Shown here one piece after another: positions 1 through 9,726 of a stretch of DNA of 64,000 nucleotides. Source of the stretch: Dehalococcoidia bacterium (GTDB taxonomy: Bacteria; Chloroflexota; Dehalococcoidia; UBA2979); the NCBI GenBank assembly GCA_965261685.1, contig CBDHDI010000026.1, forward strand, positions 423,777 through 487,776, in the 5' to 3' direction. A model generated the notes under the pieces. The model was given only the letters and a program-made list of their open reading frames with translations, was not told where the DNA came from and searched no databases. Made by a program: the position numbers and the translations under genes. Position 1 is the stretch's first letter. Each line of letters opens with the position of its first letter.

Positions 1-680
1 GAGTAGCCCAGTCCAGCGACGCTGGCGCTGGCTTTGAACTCGAAGGTGAGGGTCGCGATTCTGGCGATCTTCCGGATACTCCTGAAGTCCCAGCGGCTCT
101 CGAGATAGGGGCCGTCCACCGTCACTGGATCGAAGCGGTCCACGTTGTCGTAGCCTTGGACGTAGCGAAGGTGGGCCAGGTCCACGGCGTTTTCCGTCGT
201 CTCCTGGGGATGGCCGGGGAAGCGGAGGGTCTGGATCTCGTGGCTGCTCCAGCCGGTCTGGTCGGGCTGCTCCGCGGGCAGGCTCCATTGCGGCTCCCGC
301 CCCCCAATCCCCCACCAGGCGAAGATCAGGCCGCACACGTCCTGCGTCTCGAAGACTCGCAACCTCGCGGACCTGGGTGGGGCGGCATAGGGGGTGGCGA
401 CGCAGTGGCCGGTTGCATCGAACTCAAAGCCATGGAAGGGACAGACGAGGCGGCCATCGCATATGCGCTCCCCTGCGTCGGGCCCCAGATCGGGGCCCAG
501 ATGCGGGCAAACGGCCTCGGCGACGCAGACGCGCCCGTCCTCGTCACACCAGGCGATGATGTTCTTGCCCATCCAGGTCTTCTGGATGAGCACGGCCTTC
601 CTGGATGGCCTGACGGCTTGCGATGAAATACCAGCCCTCGGGAAACGGGGAAGGCAACGGGGCGATCGCGGGCCCACCAT
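1..680 (-). CDS. Rieske [2Fe-2S] non-heme oxygenase, KshA-like; 3' end runs off window start, 5' start uncertain (M at 678-680 or 570-572)
   Basis: Manual translation of the minus-strand frame (not in the ORF track because it lacks an in-window stop) gives ...RFPRAGISSQAVRPSRKAVLIQKTWMGKNIIAWCDEDGRVCVAEAVCPHLGPDLG...CPFHGFEFDATGHCVATPYAAPPRSARLRVFETQDVCGLIFAWWG. The CxH...CxxH Rieske motifs and the similarity to 3-ketosteroid 9alpha-hydroxylase KshA are recognised from memory. Confidence 0.55.
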   Translation of the reverse strand, partial: MVGPRSPRCLPRFPRAGISSQAVRPSRKAVLIQKTWMGKNIIAWCDEDGRVCVAEAVCPHLGPDLGPDAGERICDGRLVCPFHGFEFDATGHCVATPYAAPPRSARLRVFETQDVCGLIFAWWGIGGREPQWSLPAEQPDQTGWSSHEIQTLRFPGHPQETTENAVDLAHLRYVQGYDNVDRFDPVTVDGPYLESRWDFRSIRKIARIATLTFEFKASASVAGLGY

Positions 681-768
681 GTCGGGTTGGCATCGTTCGC
701 CACTCCTCACCCGGACGGTCGGGTTGACGGCTCCCTCGCCCGCCAGGGCCCTGACTTCATCAGGAAGA

Positions 769-815
769 TCCACTGTGTAGGATGGTCCACTGTGTAGGAT
801 GATCCACTGTGTCAC
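769..815. promoter_or_regulatory. 2.75 tandem copies of 17-bp unit TCCACTGTGTAGGATGR in divergent promoter region
   Basis: tccactgtgtaggatgg / tccactgtgtaggatga / tccactgtgtcac read directly, lying between the Rieske gene (-) and the GPP34-P450 gene start (878). Confidence 0.6.
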
Positions 816-877
816 TAACTTGCGGGGCGTGACCACGCGGCCTCCGCTATTGAGACGGTGGACGGACAGTAAGACCG

Positions 878-2902
878 ATGACTCTCGCGACAGATCGTGT
901 GGCGACCCAACAGCTCACTCTGCCCGAAGAGCTCATCCTGATGCTCCTCAACGAGGAGAGCGGCTACTTTCGCCAGGTGCCCGGCCGGGACTTGAACTGC
1001 GCAATCGTCGGAGCCGCACTCGCTGAACTGTCGCTCATCTCTCGCATCGACACGGATATGGACTCCCTGATCCTGCTGGACCAGAAGGAAACGGGCGATC
1101 CCGCTCTGGCCCCGATCCTGAAGGCAATTGCAGGCGAACCAGCTCAGCGCAACGCCCAGTACTGGATCGAACGGCTCGCTCCCCGCGCGGAAGCGATCAT
1201 CGACTTGTCGCTGGAGCGCCTGGTTGACCTGAAGATCCTGGAACACCACGAGGGCGACTTCTGGACGCTGGCCCCTACTGTCTGGCAGACGGAGATGTTC
1301 GACAGCTCCGGAGAAGGCTCGGCAGTCGAATTCGTCAAGACGCGCATCAGCAAAGTGATCTTCAACAACGAGATTCCCAACCCGCGTGATGTCATCATTA
1401 TCGCCCTCATCAATACGTGCGATGTCTTCCGCTTCATGTTCCAACTCGATGACGAGTCAGAGGAGCGCATCGAGCTCGTCTGCAGGTTGGACTTGATCGG
1501 CCGCGCGATCGCCGAGGCGGTCACCCAGAACATGTCCGGACCGTTGCTTCGGCGTTCCGCCCTGAGCAAGCAGATTCCGACTGTCCCGCTGCGTAAGGTT
1601 GCGCTCCATCGGAATTTTCGCGATGGCAACCTTCCCGCGCTGTTTGCGGATCTCGCGGGGAAGTATGGCCCGGTCTATCAGATCAAGCCGCCGTTCCAGA
1701 AGCCCATGATCATTCTGGCGGGGCCTGACACGAATTACTGGGCACACCGGCACGGGCGCATGTTCCTGAGGGCCCGGGACTATCTCCAGGATTTCGAGAA
1801 GGTCTATGGCGCATCCGGGATACTGCCTGCGCTGGATGGCGCCGATCATTTCCGGTTCCGCAAGGAGCTGGCGCCGGCGTATTCGCGCGCGAGACTCGAG
1901 GGGCAGCTGGAGGATCTCTACGACCATACCCGGTCACACATGGCGACCTGGAAGGTTGGAGACGTGCTCCCCGCGTCGAGCATGTGTCGGCAATTGATCA
2001 ACGCAGAGATCTCACCGCTGGCGGTCAGCGTTGATTCGCAGGACATCATCGACGATCTGATCAAGTACAAGACACGGGCACTCAGCACTCACGTCCTGAA
2101 TGTCATGCCGAAGTTCATGCTGAAAACCCCGGGAATGAGACGCCGGTCGAAGACCATCGAAGTACTGCTGGACCGCGTCCAGAGTGTCCACACGCCCGCC
2201 CAGCGGGCCGGCTGCCCTCGCGATCTCGCGGATGACCTGCTCAGCCTGCACACGAGCGATCCGCAGTTCCTCCCGGAGTCGAATCTCCGCTTCGCGTTGT
2301 CGGCGCCGCTGATTGCCAGCGCGTACCTTGGCGATGCGCTGAGCTTCGCGCTCTACGCCATGGCGTCACAGCCCGAGCTCTACGCCAGAATCCAGCAAGA
2401 GGCCGACGCCCTGTTCGACGACGGCGATCCGGCTCGTGAGGACTTCACCGAGGACTCGATCGACGTCACTCGCCGCTTCATCATGGAGTCCATGCGCGTG
2501 CACCCGATCGTCCCGATGTCGGTGCGGAACGTGATGAATGGGTACGTGGTCGAGGACTACGAAATCCCAGAGGGGTCACGGATCTTCATCGCCCAGGCAG
2601 CCTCGCATTACATGGACGACGTCTTCCCCGACTCCAGGACATTCGATATCGACCGCTATCTGCCCGAGCGCAACGAACATCTCAGTCCGGGCTACGCCCC
2701 GTTCGGGCTGGGCACGCACACGTGTCTCGGCAGCAGGTGGATGGAGTTGCAACTGGCCGTCAACCTGTTGCTGCTGGCGCACCACTTCACGATCGAGGTG
2801 TCACCCGCGAACTACAAGCTCAAGATCAATCCGTTCCCGTCGCTCTCTCCGAAGAAGCTGAAGTTCGCCATCTCCGAGCGGAGGCGCGGGTTCCCCGCCT
2901 GA
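878..2902 (+). CDS. GPP34/GOLPH3-like domain fused to cytochrome P450
   Basis: 674-aa ORF. The N-terminus (LTLPEELILMLLNEESGYF...) is GPP34-like. The C-terminus carries the ExxR motif (ESMRVHP) and the heme-Cys loop FGLGTHTCLGSRW of P450s. Confidence 0.8.
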   Translation: MTLATDRVATQQLTLPEELILMLLNEESGYFRQVPGRDLNCAIVGAALAELSLISRIDTDMDSLILLDQKETGDPALAPILKAIAGEPAQRNAQYWIERLAPRAEAIIDLSLERLVDLKILEHHEGDFWTLAPTVWQTEMFDSSGEGSAVEFVKTRISKVIFNNEIPNPRDVIIIALINTCDVFRFMFQLDDESEERIELVCRLDLIGRAIAEAVTQNMSGPLLRRSALSKQIPTVPLRKVALHRNFRDGNLPALFADLAGKYGPVYQIKPPFQKPMIILAGPDTNYWAHRHGRMFLRARDYLQDFEKVYGASGILPALDGADHFRFRKELAPAYSRARLEGQLEDLYDHTRSHMATWKVGDVLPASSMCRQLINAEISPLAVSVDSQDIIDDLIKYKTRALSTHVLNVMPKFMLKTPGMRRRSKTIEVLLDRVQSVHTPAQRAGCPRDLADDLLSLHTSDPQFLPESNLRFALSAPLIASAYLGDALSFALYAMASQPELYARIQQEADALFDDGDPAREDFTEDSIDVTRRFIMESMRVHPIVPMSVRNVMNGYVVEDYEIPEGSRIFIAQAASHYMDDVFPDSRTFDIDRYLPERNEHLSPGYAPFGLGTHTCLGSRWMELQLAVNLLLLAHHFTIEVSPANYKLKINPFPSLSPKKLKFAISERRRGFPA

Positions 2903-2967
2903 CGCGCCACGAGGCCGGCCACGCCATCGAGGTCGCCGGCCTGTAACGCCGCTTCCCTGCTTGCCGT

Positions 2968-5456
2968 CTACGGAGAGCCCTGCTCCTGGTCGTGGCGCTG
3001 GTGCACGGCCGCGATCGCCAGGTCGAGTTCGTCCGCCATGCGGGTCACCATCGAGCGCAGCCGCATGTTCTGGTACGCGCCCCAGACCGTCATCGCCGGC
3101 GGCACCAGCACGACGGAGACGATCAGCGAGTACAGGATCGTGATCGCCGCCGTGATGCCGAACTGCTGGGACGCCGCCAGCGGCGAGGCCACCAGCACTC
3201 CGAGCCCGAGCGCCGTCGTCAGCGCAGAGCCCAACAGCGCCGAGCCAGTAGTCGCGAGCGTCCGGATCGCCGCTTGCTCCGGATCGCGCAGGCGGGAGAA
3301 CTCCTCGCGGTAGCGATGGATCACGTGGATCGTGTAGTCCACCCCGATCCCGATCGAGAACGCCGTGATGATCGACGTGACCAGTGTGTAGGGGATGCCC
3401 AGCAGCGCCATCGTCCCCAGCACGGAGATGAGGACGAGCACGATCGGCGCTACCGCGATGAACGCCAGCGCCGGCTGGCGCACCGTCGCCCAGAAGAAGA
3501 TGGCGAGGACGCCGATGGCCACCGCGACGGTGGTGCTGATCGCCTGTGTCTGCGAGTCCGTGATCTCGTCCGTGACGGTGATCGAGATGATGCTCAACGA
3601 AGTCGCCGTGACAGCATCGTCGTCGCCGGACCAGAGCTCGTCGATCTGCTCCTCGATCAGCTTGGTTGCCGCGGGATCGTGCGAGTACGCCGGGAACTGG
3701 AGCAGCATTGCGTCGCTGCCCGCCGGATCGTTGACCAGACTGCGCGCAACGGCGGGATCCCTCGCCTCGAGCTTGTCGAGAAAGTCCTGCATCAGCTCCG
3801 GATCGAGTTCCAACCCCGCGGATGCCTCCCGGAAGAGCGCTGCGAGCTCCGGGTCGTACTTGTCGCCGGGCTCCCCGCTGTGTCCTCGGTCCAGTCGCGC
3901 ACGAGCAGCCCGTACGACACCTGGATCGGTCCCGCTGCCGCCTGTGGGCGACGCTGTTCGTCCTCGAAGGCGGTCGTGAGATCATGCAGGTTCAGAAGCG
4001 TGCGGGTTTCCGAGGCCTCGGCCTTCACGAGTACGCTGGCGATCTCCGTTGAGCCGCCGACGGCTGCGTCGAGGGTCTCCAGATCCATCAGCACGGTCCC
4101 GCTGCTGGGCAGGATGTCGCGGATGCTGAAGCCTGACTCGAGCCCCGTGGCCGCGAACCCGAGCACGGTGGTCACCGCGATCACGACGACGAAGTAGGGC
4201 GCCGGCCTGCGCGTGACCGACCTCCCCAGCACCTCCGCCACACGCCCGACGCCGGGCAAGGCGTTCGAGACCAGGCGAGGCTGAGTCAACGTGCCGCGCG
4301 ACTCGCGCCGCCGGTCGATGATCATCCGGCCCGCCGGAAGCAGCGTCAGCATCACGATCAGGCTCAGCCCCACGCCCAACCCCGCGACGATGCCAAAGTC
4401 GCCAATCACCGAGATCGGAGAGAACAGGCTCGCCAACAGGCTCACGATCGTCGTGACGGCGGCCAGCGTCAGCGGGATGGTGACGTGTTGCAGTCCCATC
4501 CGCACCGCGGTCACCACCGGACCGCCGGCAGCTCGTTGCTCGCGGTAGTGCGAGACGGCCTGGATGGCATAGTCCACCGTGAGGCTGATCACGATGATCG
4601 GCACCAGCGCGGTGAGCGAGCTCGGCGGGCCGATTAACTCCAGCCCGTTCGGCCCGAGCCAGCCCTCCGCCCCGACGATCCAGATCAGCGAAAGGAACAG
4701 CCCCGACAGCGTGAGCAGCAGATCCGAGAGCGTGCGCAGGAAGACCAGGATCAGCGCCGCGATCAGCAGCAGCGCCAGTCCTATCAGGGGCGCCATCCCC
4801 TCCTCCGTGGCCTTCCGGTACTCATCCTCGACCACCACGGGCGACACGCTGCTCACGCGCAGGGGGCCTTCAGCCCCGGCCGCCAGCTGGTTGATCTGCC
4901 GTTCAGCGTCCTGGACCCCCTCGTCGCCCGTGTCGCGCAGGCGGATGGTGGCGATCGCGAGCGGCGTGCCGTCCGCATCGGTCCCGGTCATCGCGGCGAG
5001 CGCTCCGTCGATCTCAGGGGCGGCGCTGCGGGCGGAGTCGATGTCCGCCTGCGTGACCGCCGCGAAACTGTCCACCGCGAGCAGGGCCTTGAGCAGCAAC
5101 GAGGGCGCCACGATCGGGTCGCCGGGCGCCAGTAGCTCCCCCACGCCCGGGTCGCTGGCGATGCCATCGAGCAGGGCGTCCATCTGGGCGAGCCCGTCGG
5201 GGGTGAGTGCCGCCCCGCGGAAGATCAGTGTTGCGACGATGACGTCGTTGGAGTCCCCGAAGAGGTCATCGATCTCGTTTATCGCATCGGCGACGGCGTT
5301 CCCGGGGGGGAGGAACGCCAGGGCTGTGCCTTCCACCACCGGCGCGCGCCGCCCCGCCCCGGCGGCCAGCACAACGGTAATGATGACGAGGACGGCGATC
5401 GTGAGCCACGGGCGGACCGTGACCAGCCAGCCCAGCCGGGGGAGTATCTGGCTCAT
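2968..5456 (-). CDS. MMPL/RND-superfamily membrane transporter, apparently frameshifted near 3815-3900 (two ORFs 3792..5456 and 2968..3813)
   Basis: N-terminal TM helix followed by a periplasmic domain, then a 12-TM-like hydrophobic architecture across both ORFs. Extending the downstream ORF upstream in its own frame gives protein-like sequence (GDKYDPELAALFREASAGLELDPELMQDFLDK), which indicates a single gene with a frame break. Confidence 0.65.
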
Positions 5457-5574
5457 GGCGCGCTATTCTATCTAACGAGGCCACGGAGGCGGCGCTTGCC
5501 GGTACGCCTGGCTCCGCCGGCGGCCGAGCTGCTTACTGCGACTCCCCGTCCCTCGATGGCGCCGACGCTGCCGA

Positions 5575-5940
5575 CGCCACGACCTCGCGAGCGGTGAGCT
5601 GCTCGCCGAGTACGCCCTCGACTCCGCCAACGCGGACCCGCGCGGCATCTGGTCCGACGGCGACGTCATGTACGTCGCCGTCGCCAGCGAGGACACCACC
5701 GAACCACCGTCGAGGTCTCGGCTGTTCAGCGCCGCGCCACGGTCGTCATCGAGCCCGCCGACAGCGCCGGGATCGCCGACGGACACCAGGCCGCTGTCGC
5801 GGATGGCACGGTCTACGCCCTGATAGAAGGGGAGTAAGCCCCCTACACCCTCGGCGCGCCGGAGTTCGTGAACGCGCGCTCCGCGAGCTCTTCCCCGAGG
5901 GCCTACCCTCCACCACTCCGCCGGTCGCCGAGAGCGACTG
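5575..5940 (+). pseudogene. Decayed, multiply frameshifted remnant of a giant-surface-protein paralog (propeller blade + cadherin-like sandwich + C-terminal module)
   Basis: Three different frames give DLASGELLAEYALDSANADPRGIWSDGDVMYVAV, VQRRATVVIEPADSAGIADGHQAAVADG and PYTLGAPEFVNAR. Each matches the C-terminal region of the 37425..55027 gene (YDLATGELLVEYTLHSTNDDPRGLWSDGVTIWV; MQRRTNVEIHPLDANEAADGHQVALEG; PYILGAPDFVNARF). Confidence 0.5.
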
Positions 5941-6500
5941 ACGGGCCCTCCCCTCGGCGTCTGGAGTTAGCGAATCGCTGCTCAGCGTGCCCGCGCGCGT
6001 GCCAGGGCGGCACGGTCTTCGGCTGGCGGGAGGCGTCCAGCCCGACGGCTCCCGCGTCCGTGTCCGGATCTGCTGCACCCGTGTGTCGGGACGCACCGTA
6101 CGGCGCTCAGGGGTGTATCTGTACCTCTCCGCGAGATACCTTAGAACCTGCACGGTGCGGGGACAGGCGGTACATTTGCTGACACTACGGGCCTCCCGCA
6201 GGGACCGGCCTTGCCGGAGTCCGCATGAGCGAGGTTCTTTTGTACCACCGGCAGAGGCGGTTTCGGTGGGAATCCTGTGACGTCGAGTCATCGTGATTCG
6301 TCGATACCGGCCGCGGTTCATCCGGCGGCCTGCTTCATCGTCTCCGATGACTACGCCGAGCGTGGCGACGGCCTCAGGAGGATGAGGGGCGGACGCGGAG
6401 GGATCGGGCGGCAGGCTCATCGTGCAACGGCCGGCGAGACGAAGGCACGGCTGGTGGCCCCGGTGCTGCCCGATGAACGAGGTGGAAGAGGAAACTGAAC

Positions 6501-7187
6501 ATGTCGTCAACCAGGCAGATCGGGGATCACGATCTAGTCGAGCGATTCGTGGACGCTGCCGAGTATCTGAATCGTCAGCTCCACAGCGACCGTCTTGACG
6601 AGTGGACAAGCTTGGAGATGACCATCCCCCAGGTCAAGACCCTGGTGTTGCTCGACACGATCGGCCCGATGCGGATGGGGGCGCTCTCCGGCCACCTGGG
6701 TAGCGCCCTTTCCGCCACGACCAACGTGGTGGAAAGGCTCGTCGAGAGAAAGCTGGTCGAGCGCGGCTCGGACCCGGCGGACCGGAGAGTCGTGATCTGC
6801 GAATTGAGCTCCCGGGGTCGGGAGACGATCGGGCAGTTCTGGCGCGTCGGGCGGGAGCGGCTCCTGCCACTCGCCGAACTCCTCGGCCAGGACCGGCTGG
6901 CCATCGCCGTGCAGGGACTGGAGGCGATTCGCGAGGCGGAGGACGAGGTCCAGAGAGGCTCGGGCTCGGCCCAATCTGGCGATTACCCCGCCCCATCTCC
7001 GAATCTTGCGAGACCCCTCACCACCTGGTCAGAACCCCGCGCTGACCTTCCGATCGCTCGCTGCACTCTGATGATCGTGCCCGGCACCCGCTCGATCCCG
7101 CGGCGATCCGTGACATCGAGGCGTCGATCGCCGATTCGCAGGGAGCGTATCGCTAGCTGCCGCCTCTACCCTTCCGGGGGTTCGTAG
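6501..7187 (+). CDS. MarR-family transcriptional regulator (C-terminal low-complexity tail; true stop may be earlier)
   Basis: wHTH region TIPQVKTLVLLDTIGPMRMGALSGHLGSALSATTNVVERLVERKLVERGSDPADRRVVICELSSRG. Confidence 0.75.
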   Translation: MSSTRQIGDHDLVERFVDAAEYLNRQLHSDRLDEWTSLEMTIPQVKTLVLLDTIGPMRMGALSGHLGSALSATTNVVERLVERKLVERGSDPADRRVVICELSSRGRETIGQFWRVGRERLLPLAELLGQDRLAIAVQGLEAIREAEDEVQRGSGSAQSGDYPAPSPNLARPLTTWSEPRADLPIARCTLMIVPGTRSIPRRSVTSRRRSPIRRERIASCRLYPSGGS

Positions 7188-7306
7188 TACAGTCGTCCGA
7201 GGACGCCAGCGCACCCATCTCGGCGCCGCACCAGCGTCGCCGGCGAGGGCCCCACGAGGCGCGAGCGCAGCGCCGCGAACCCGGGACACGAGGGCAGGAG
7301 ACGCGC

Positions 7307-8152
7307 GTGAGCAACGATCGCCGCAGGGAGCGACGCCGTCAGCGCCAGCGCTCTCGCCGCAGCCAGCTGCGGGGCTACGACCCCGCCGGCCCGGTGGAGT
7401 TCCCCGGCATCTTCGGCTGGCTGCAACGCCGCCAGCGGGTACTCTTCGCGGTCGGCATCCTCGTGCTGGTCGTCAGCCTCGGGGGAGTCTTCATCACCTC
7501 GCAATTCGGGAACACGACGCCCGAGCCGGCCGCCACGCCCGAGGCGACCCCGACCGAGGCGGCCGCTGCCGCAGCGGATGCGACAGAGACGGCCGAGCCA
7601 ACGCCCGAGCCGACCCCGACGCCGGACGCCGACGGGGTTCTCCGCAACTACAGCGCGCCGCCGGCGATGGAGATCGATCCGGCCAACCGCTACGAGGCGC
7701 TGATCCGTACGGAGCGGGGCGACATCCGGGTGGAGCTGCTCGCCGAGGAGGCGCCGGGCTACGTCAACAACTTCGTCTTCCTGGCGCGCAACAACTTCTT
7801 CGACGGCCTCACCTTCCACCGCGTGATCCCGGGCTTCGTCGCCCAGGGCGGCGACCCCACCGGCGGCGGCGCGGGCGGGCCCGGCTACGACCTCGAGGAG
7901 GAGACGAACGACCTGCCGTTCGATGCCGGCGTGCTCTCGATGGCGAAGTCCAACAAGGTGAGCGGCTCGCAGTTCTTCATCACGCTTGAGCCGACCCCGT
8001 TCCTTGAGTCTGAGTTCACCGTCTTCGGTCGCGTGATTGAGGGCCTCGATGTCGCGCGCTCGCTGACGGCGCGCGAGGTCGCTCCGGGCGCCCCGCCCGC
8101 CGCCCGCATCCTCAGCATCGAGATCACGGAGACGCCGGGCGGGGGCGAGTAG
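7307..8152 (+). CDS. Cyclophilin-type peptidyl-prolyl isomerase with N-terminal TM anchor and Pro/Thr/Ala-rich linker
   Basis: FHRVIPGFVAQGGDPTGGGAGGPGY cyclophilin signature, a TM helix and the PEPTPTP linker. Confidence 0.85.
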   Translation: MSNDRRRERRRQRQRSRRSQLRGYDPAGPVEFPGIFGWLQRRQRVLFAVGILVLVVSLGGVFITSQFGNTTPEPAATPEATPTEAAAAAADATETAEPTPEPTPTPDADGVLRNYSAPPAMEIDPANRYEALIRTERGDIRVELLAEEAPGYVNNFVFLARNNFFDGLTFHRVIPGFVAQGGDPTGGGAGGPGYDLEEETNDLPFDAGVLSMAKSNKVSGSQFFITLEPTPFLESEFTVFGRVIEGLDVARSLTAREVAPGAPPAARILSIEITETPGGGE

Positions 8153-8153
8153 C

Positions 8154-8690
8154 GTGGCGCGCCACTACGAGGCGCCCGAGCCGATGGGGCTGGCCGAGGG
8201 CGACACCTGCCTCGCACTGCTCGAAACCGCTGCGGGCGCGATCAGGATCCGGCTGCGTCCCGACCTCGCGCCGCAGTCGGTCAACTCGTTCGTCTTCCTC
8301 GCCCGCGAGGGCTTCTACGACGGCACCACCTTCCATCGCGTGCTCCCGGGGTTCATCGCGCAGGGCGGCGACCCGACGGGACGCGGGCACGGCGGACCCG
8401 GCTATCGCCTGCCCGACGAGCTCTCCGCCGAGCCGTTCGAGGCCGGCGCGGTCGGGCTGGCGAACTCCGGGCCGGGCAGCAACGGCTCGCAGTTCTTCAT
8501 CGCGCTCGAGGACGCGTTGCACCTCAGCGAGCGCTTCACCTACCTCGGCAGCGTCGAGGATGGCGTCGAGGTGGCGCGAGCGCTCACCCCGCGCGACCCG
8601 GCCGGCGAGGGCGAGTTGCCGCCCGGCGACCTGCTGCGTTCGGTGACGATTGTCGAGTCGCCGGGAGACGGAGCGGGCGAGGGCGCATAG
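8154..8690 (+). CDS. Cyclophilin-type peptidyl-prolyl isomerase (cytoplasmic paralog)
   Basis: FHRVLPGFIAQGGDPTGRGHGGPGY. Its start sits 2 nt after the stop of the previous PPIase. Confidence 0.85.
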   Translation: MARHYEAPEPMGLAEGDTCLALLETAAGAIRIRLRPDLAPQSVNSFVFLAREGFYDGTTFHRVLPGFIAQGGDPTGRGHGGPGYRLPDELSAEPFEAGAVGLANSGPGSNGSQFFIALEDALHLSERFTYLGSVEDGVEVARALTPRDPAGEGELPPGDLLRSVTIVESPGDGAGEGA

Positions 8691-8744
8691 CCGCGGAAGC
8701 GGCCGTGCGGGCCGGGTGAAGCCGGGCGCGCGAGAGGGGTTGTC

Positions 8745-8821
8745 TGGCGACCCCGATCGGATTCGAACCGACGATCTCCACCGTGACAGGGTGGCGTGTT
8801 GGACCGCTACACTACGGGGCC
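8745..8821 (-). tRNA. tRNA-Asp (anticodon GTC)
   Basis: The reverse complement folds as a cloverleaf: GGCCCCG TA GTGTAGCGGTCCAACAC G CCACC CTGTCAC GGTGG AGATC GTCGG TTCGAAT CCGAT CGGGGTC G CCA. The anticodon loop is CTGTCAC, giving GTC. Confidence 0.85.
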
Positions 8822-8833
8822 GCTCGCTAATCG

Positions 8834-9409
8834 ATGGTAGATGCGAGCGCCGAGCAGGGTCAATCACCCGGACGCTGTGCGAGGGCCATCGCGGCTTCGG
8901 AGGCAGCCATTCCCTACTGCGAGCGCCACCCCAACACCGAGACCGAACTGCGCTGCGGACGCTGCGATGTCGAGATCTGCCCGCGCTGCATGATCCACGC
9001 GCCGGGCGGCATCCGCTGCCCGGACTGCGCGCAAATGCGCCGCCCGCCGATGTACGAACTGGAGACCTCGCACTACCTGCGGGCGGGCGGGGTCGCGCTG
9101 CTCGGCGCCGTGGCGGTCGGCGTGGCCTCGGCGCTGCTGCTGCCGCCGCGGCCGGTCGGTGGCCTGCTGCTGTTCGTGATCGCGCTGCTGGCCGGCATGG
9201 GCGCGGCCACGCTTCTCGCGCGCGCGTTCGACGTTGTGACGAACCGCAAGCGAGGGCGCGCGCTGCAGTTGCTGGCGGCGAGCGCTATTGTCGCGGCGGC
9301 ACTGCTGCGGCTGCTGATTTCCGGCGAGGTTGACCTGATCACACGGGACGCCAGCGGCATCGTATTCGCCGCGATCGGAGCGATCGTCGCCTGGAACCGC
9401 CTGGCGTAG
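8834..9409 (+). CDS. Membrane protein with N-terminal double Cys-x2-Cys zinc ribbon and three TM helices
   Basis: CERHPNTETELRCGRCDVEICPRCMIHAPGGIRCPDC followed by hydrophobic segments. Confidence 0.45.
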   Translation: MVDASAEQGQSPGRCARAIAASEAAIPYCERHPNTETELRCGRCDVEICPRCMIHAPGGIRCPDCAQMRRPPMYELETSHYLRAGGVALLGAVAVGVASALLLPPRPVGGLLLFVIALLAGMGAATLLARAFDVVTNRKRGRALQLLAASAIVAAALLRLLISGEVDLITRDASGIVFAAIGAIVAWNRLA

Positions 9410-9726
9410 CGGGCGGGCGCTACCGAGCCCGGCTAGCGAAGCCGATCGATGATCACGAGCAGCACCAGCAGGGCGCTACACACCCCGCTGATCATCGCGA
9501 TGCGCCGCAGCTCCTGGCCGATGAACGGCGCGTCACGCTCGATGAGCATACGCGGGCGGTCGCTGGAGGCCGCCCTCGCTGTGGCCGTGCCGGGAACCGG
9601 CCGCCCGGGCGGAGGCGGAGCAGGTGGCAGCGTGCGCCGGGGTCGGTTGCGCTGCCTGCGTGAGCGACGGGACATGGCGCCTCCGGGTACCTCTCCGCGA
9701 GTGTAGCGGTGTGCTGCTGCTGCGGG

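Noticed and set aside
2801-3985. 394-aa and 401-aa Arg/Gly/Asp-rich ORFs overlapping the MMPL gene
   Set aside because: They are alternative frames or strands of the transporter gene with low-complexity composition. The MMPL frame has the membrane-protein architecture.
5746-6609. 287-aa minus-strand Arg-rich ORF between the MMPL and MarR genes
   Set aside because: Extreme Arg/Pro/Gly composition and no domain signal. The region more plausibly holds the decayed giant-gene remnant on the + strand and a non-coding spacer.
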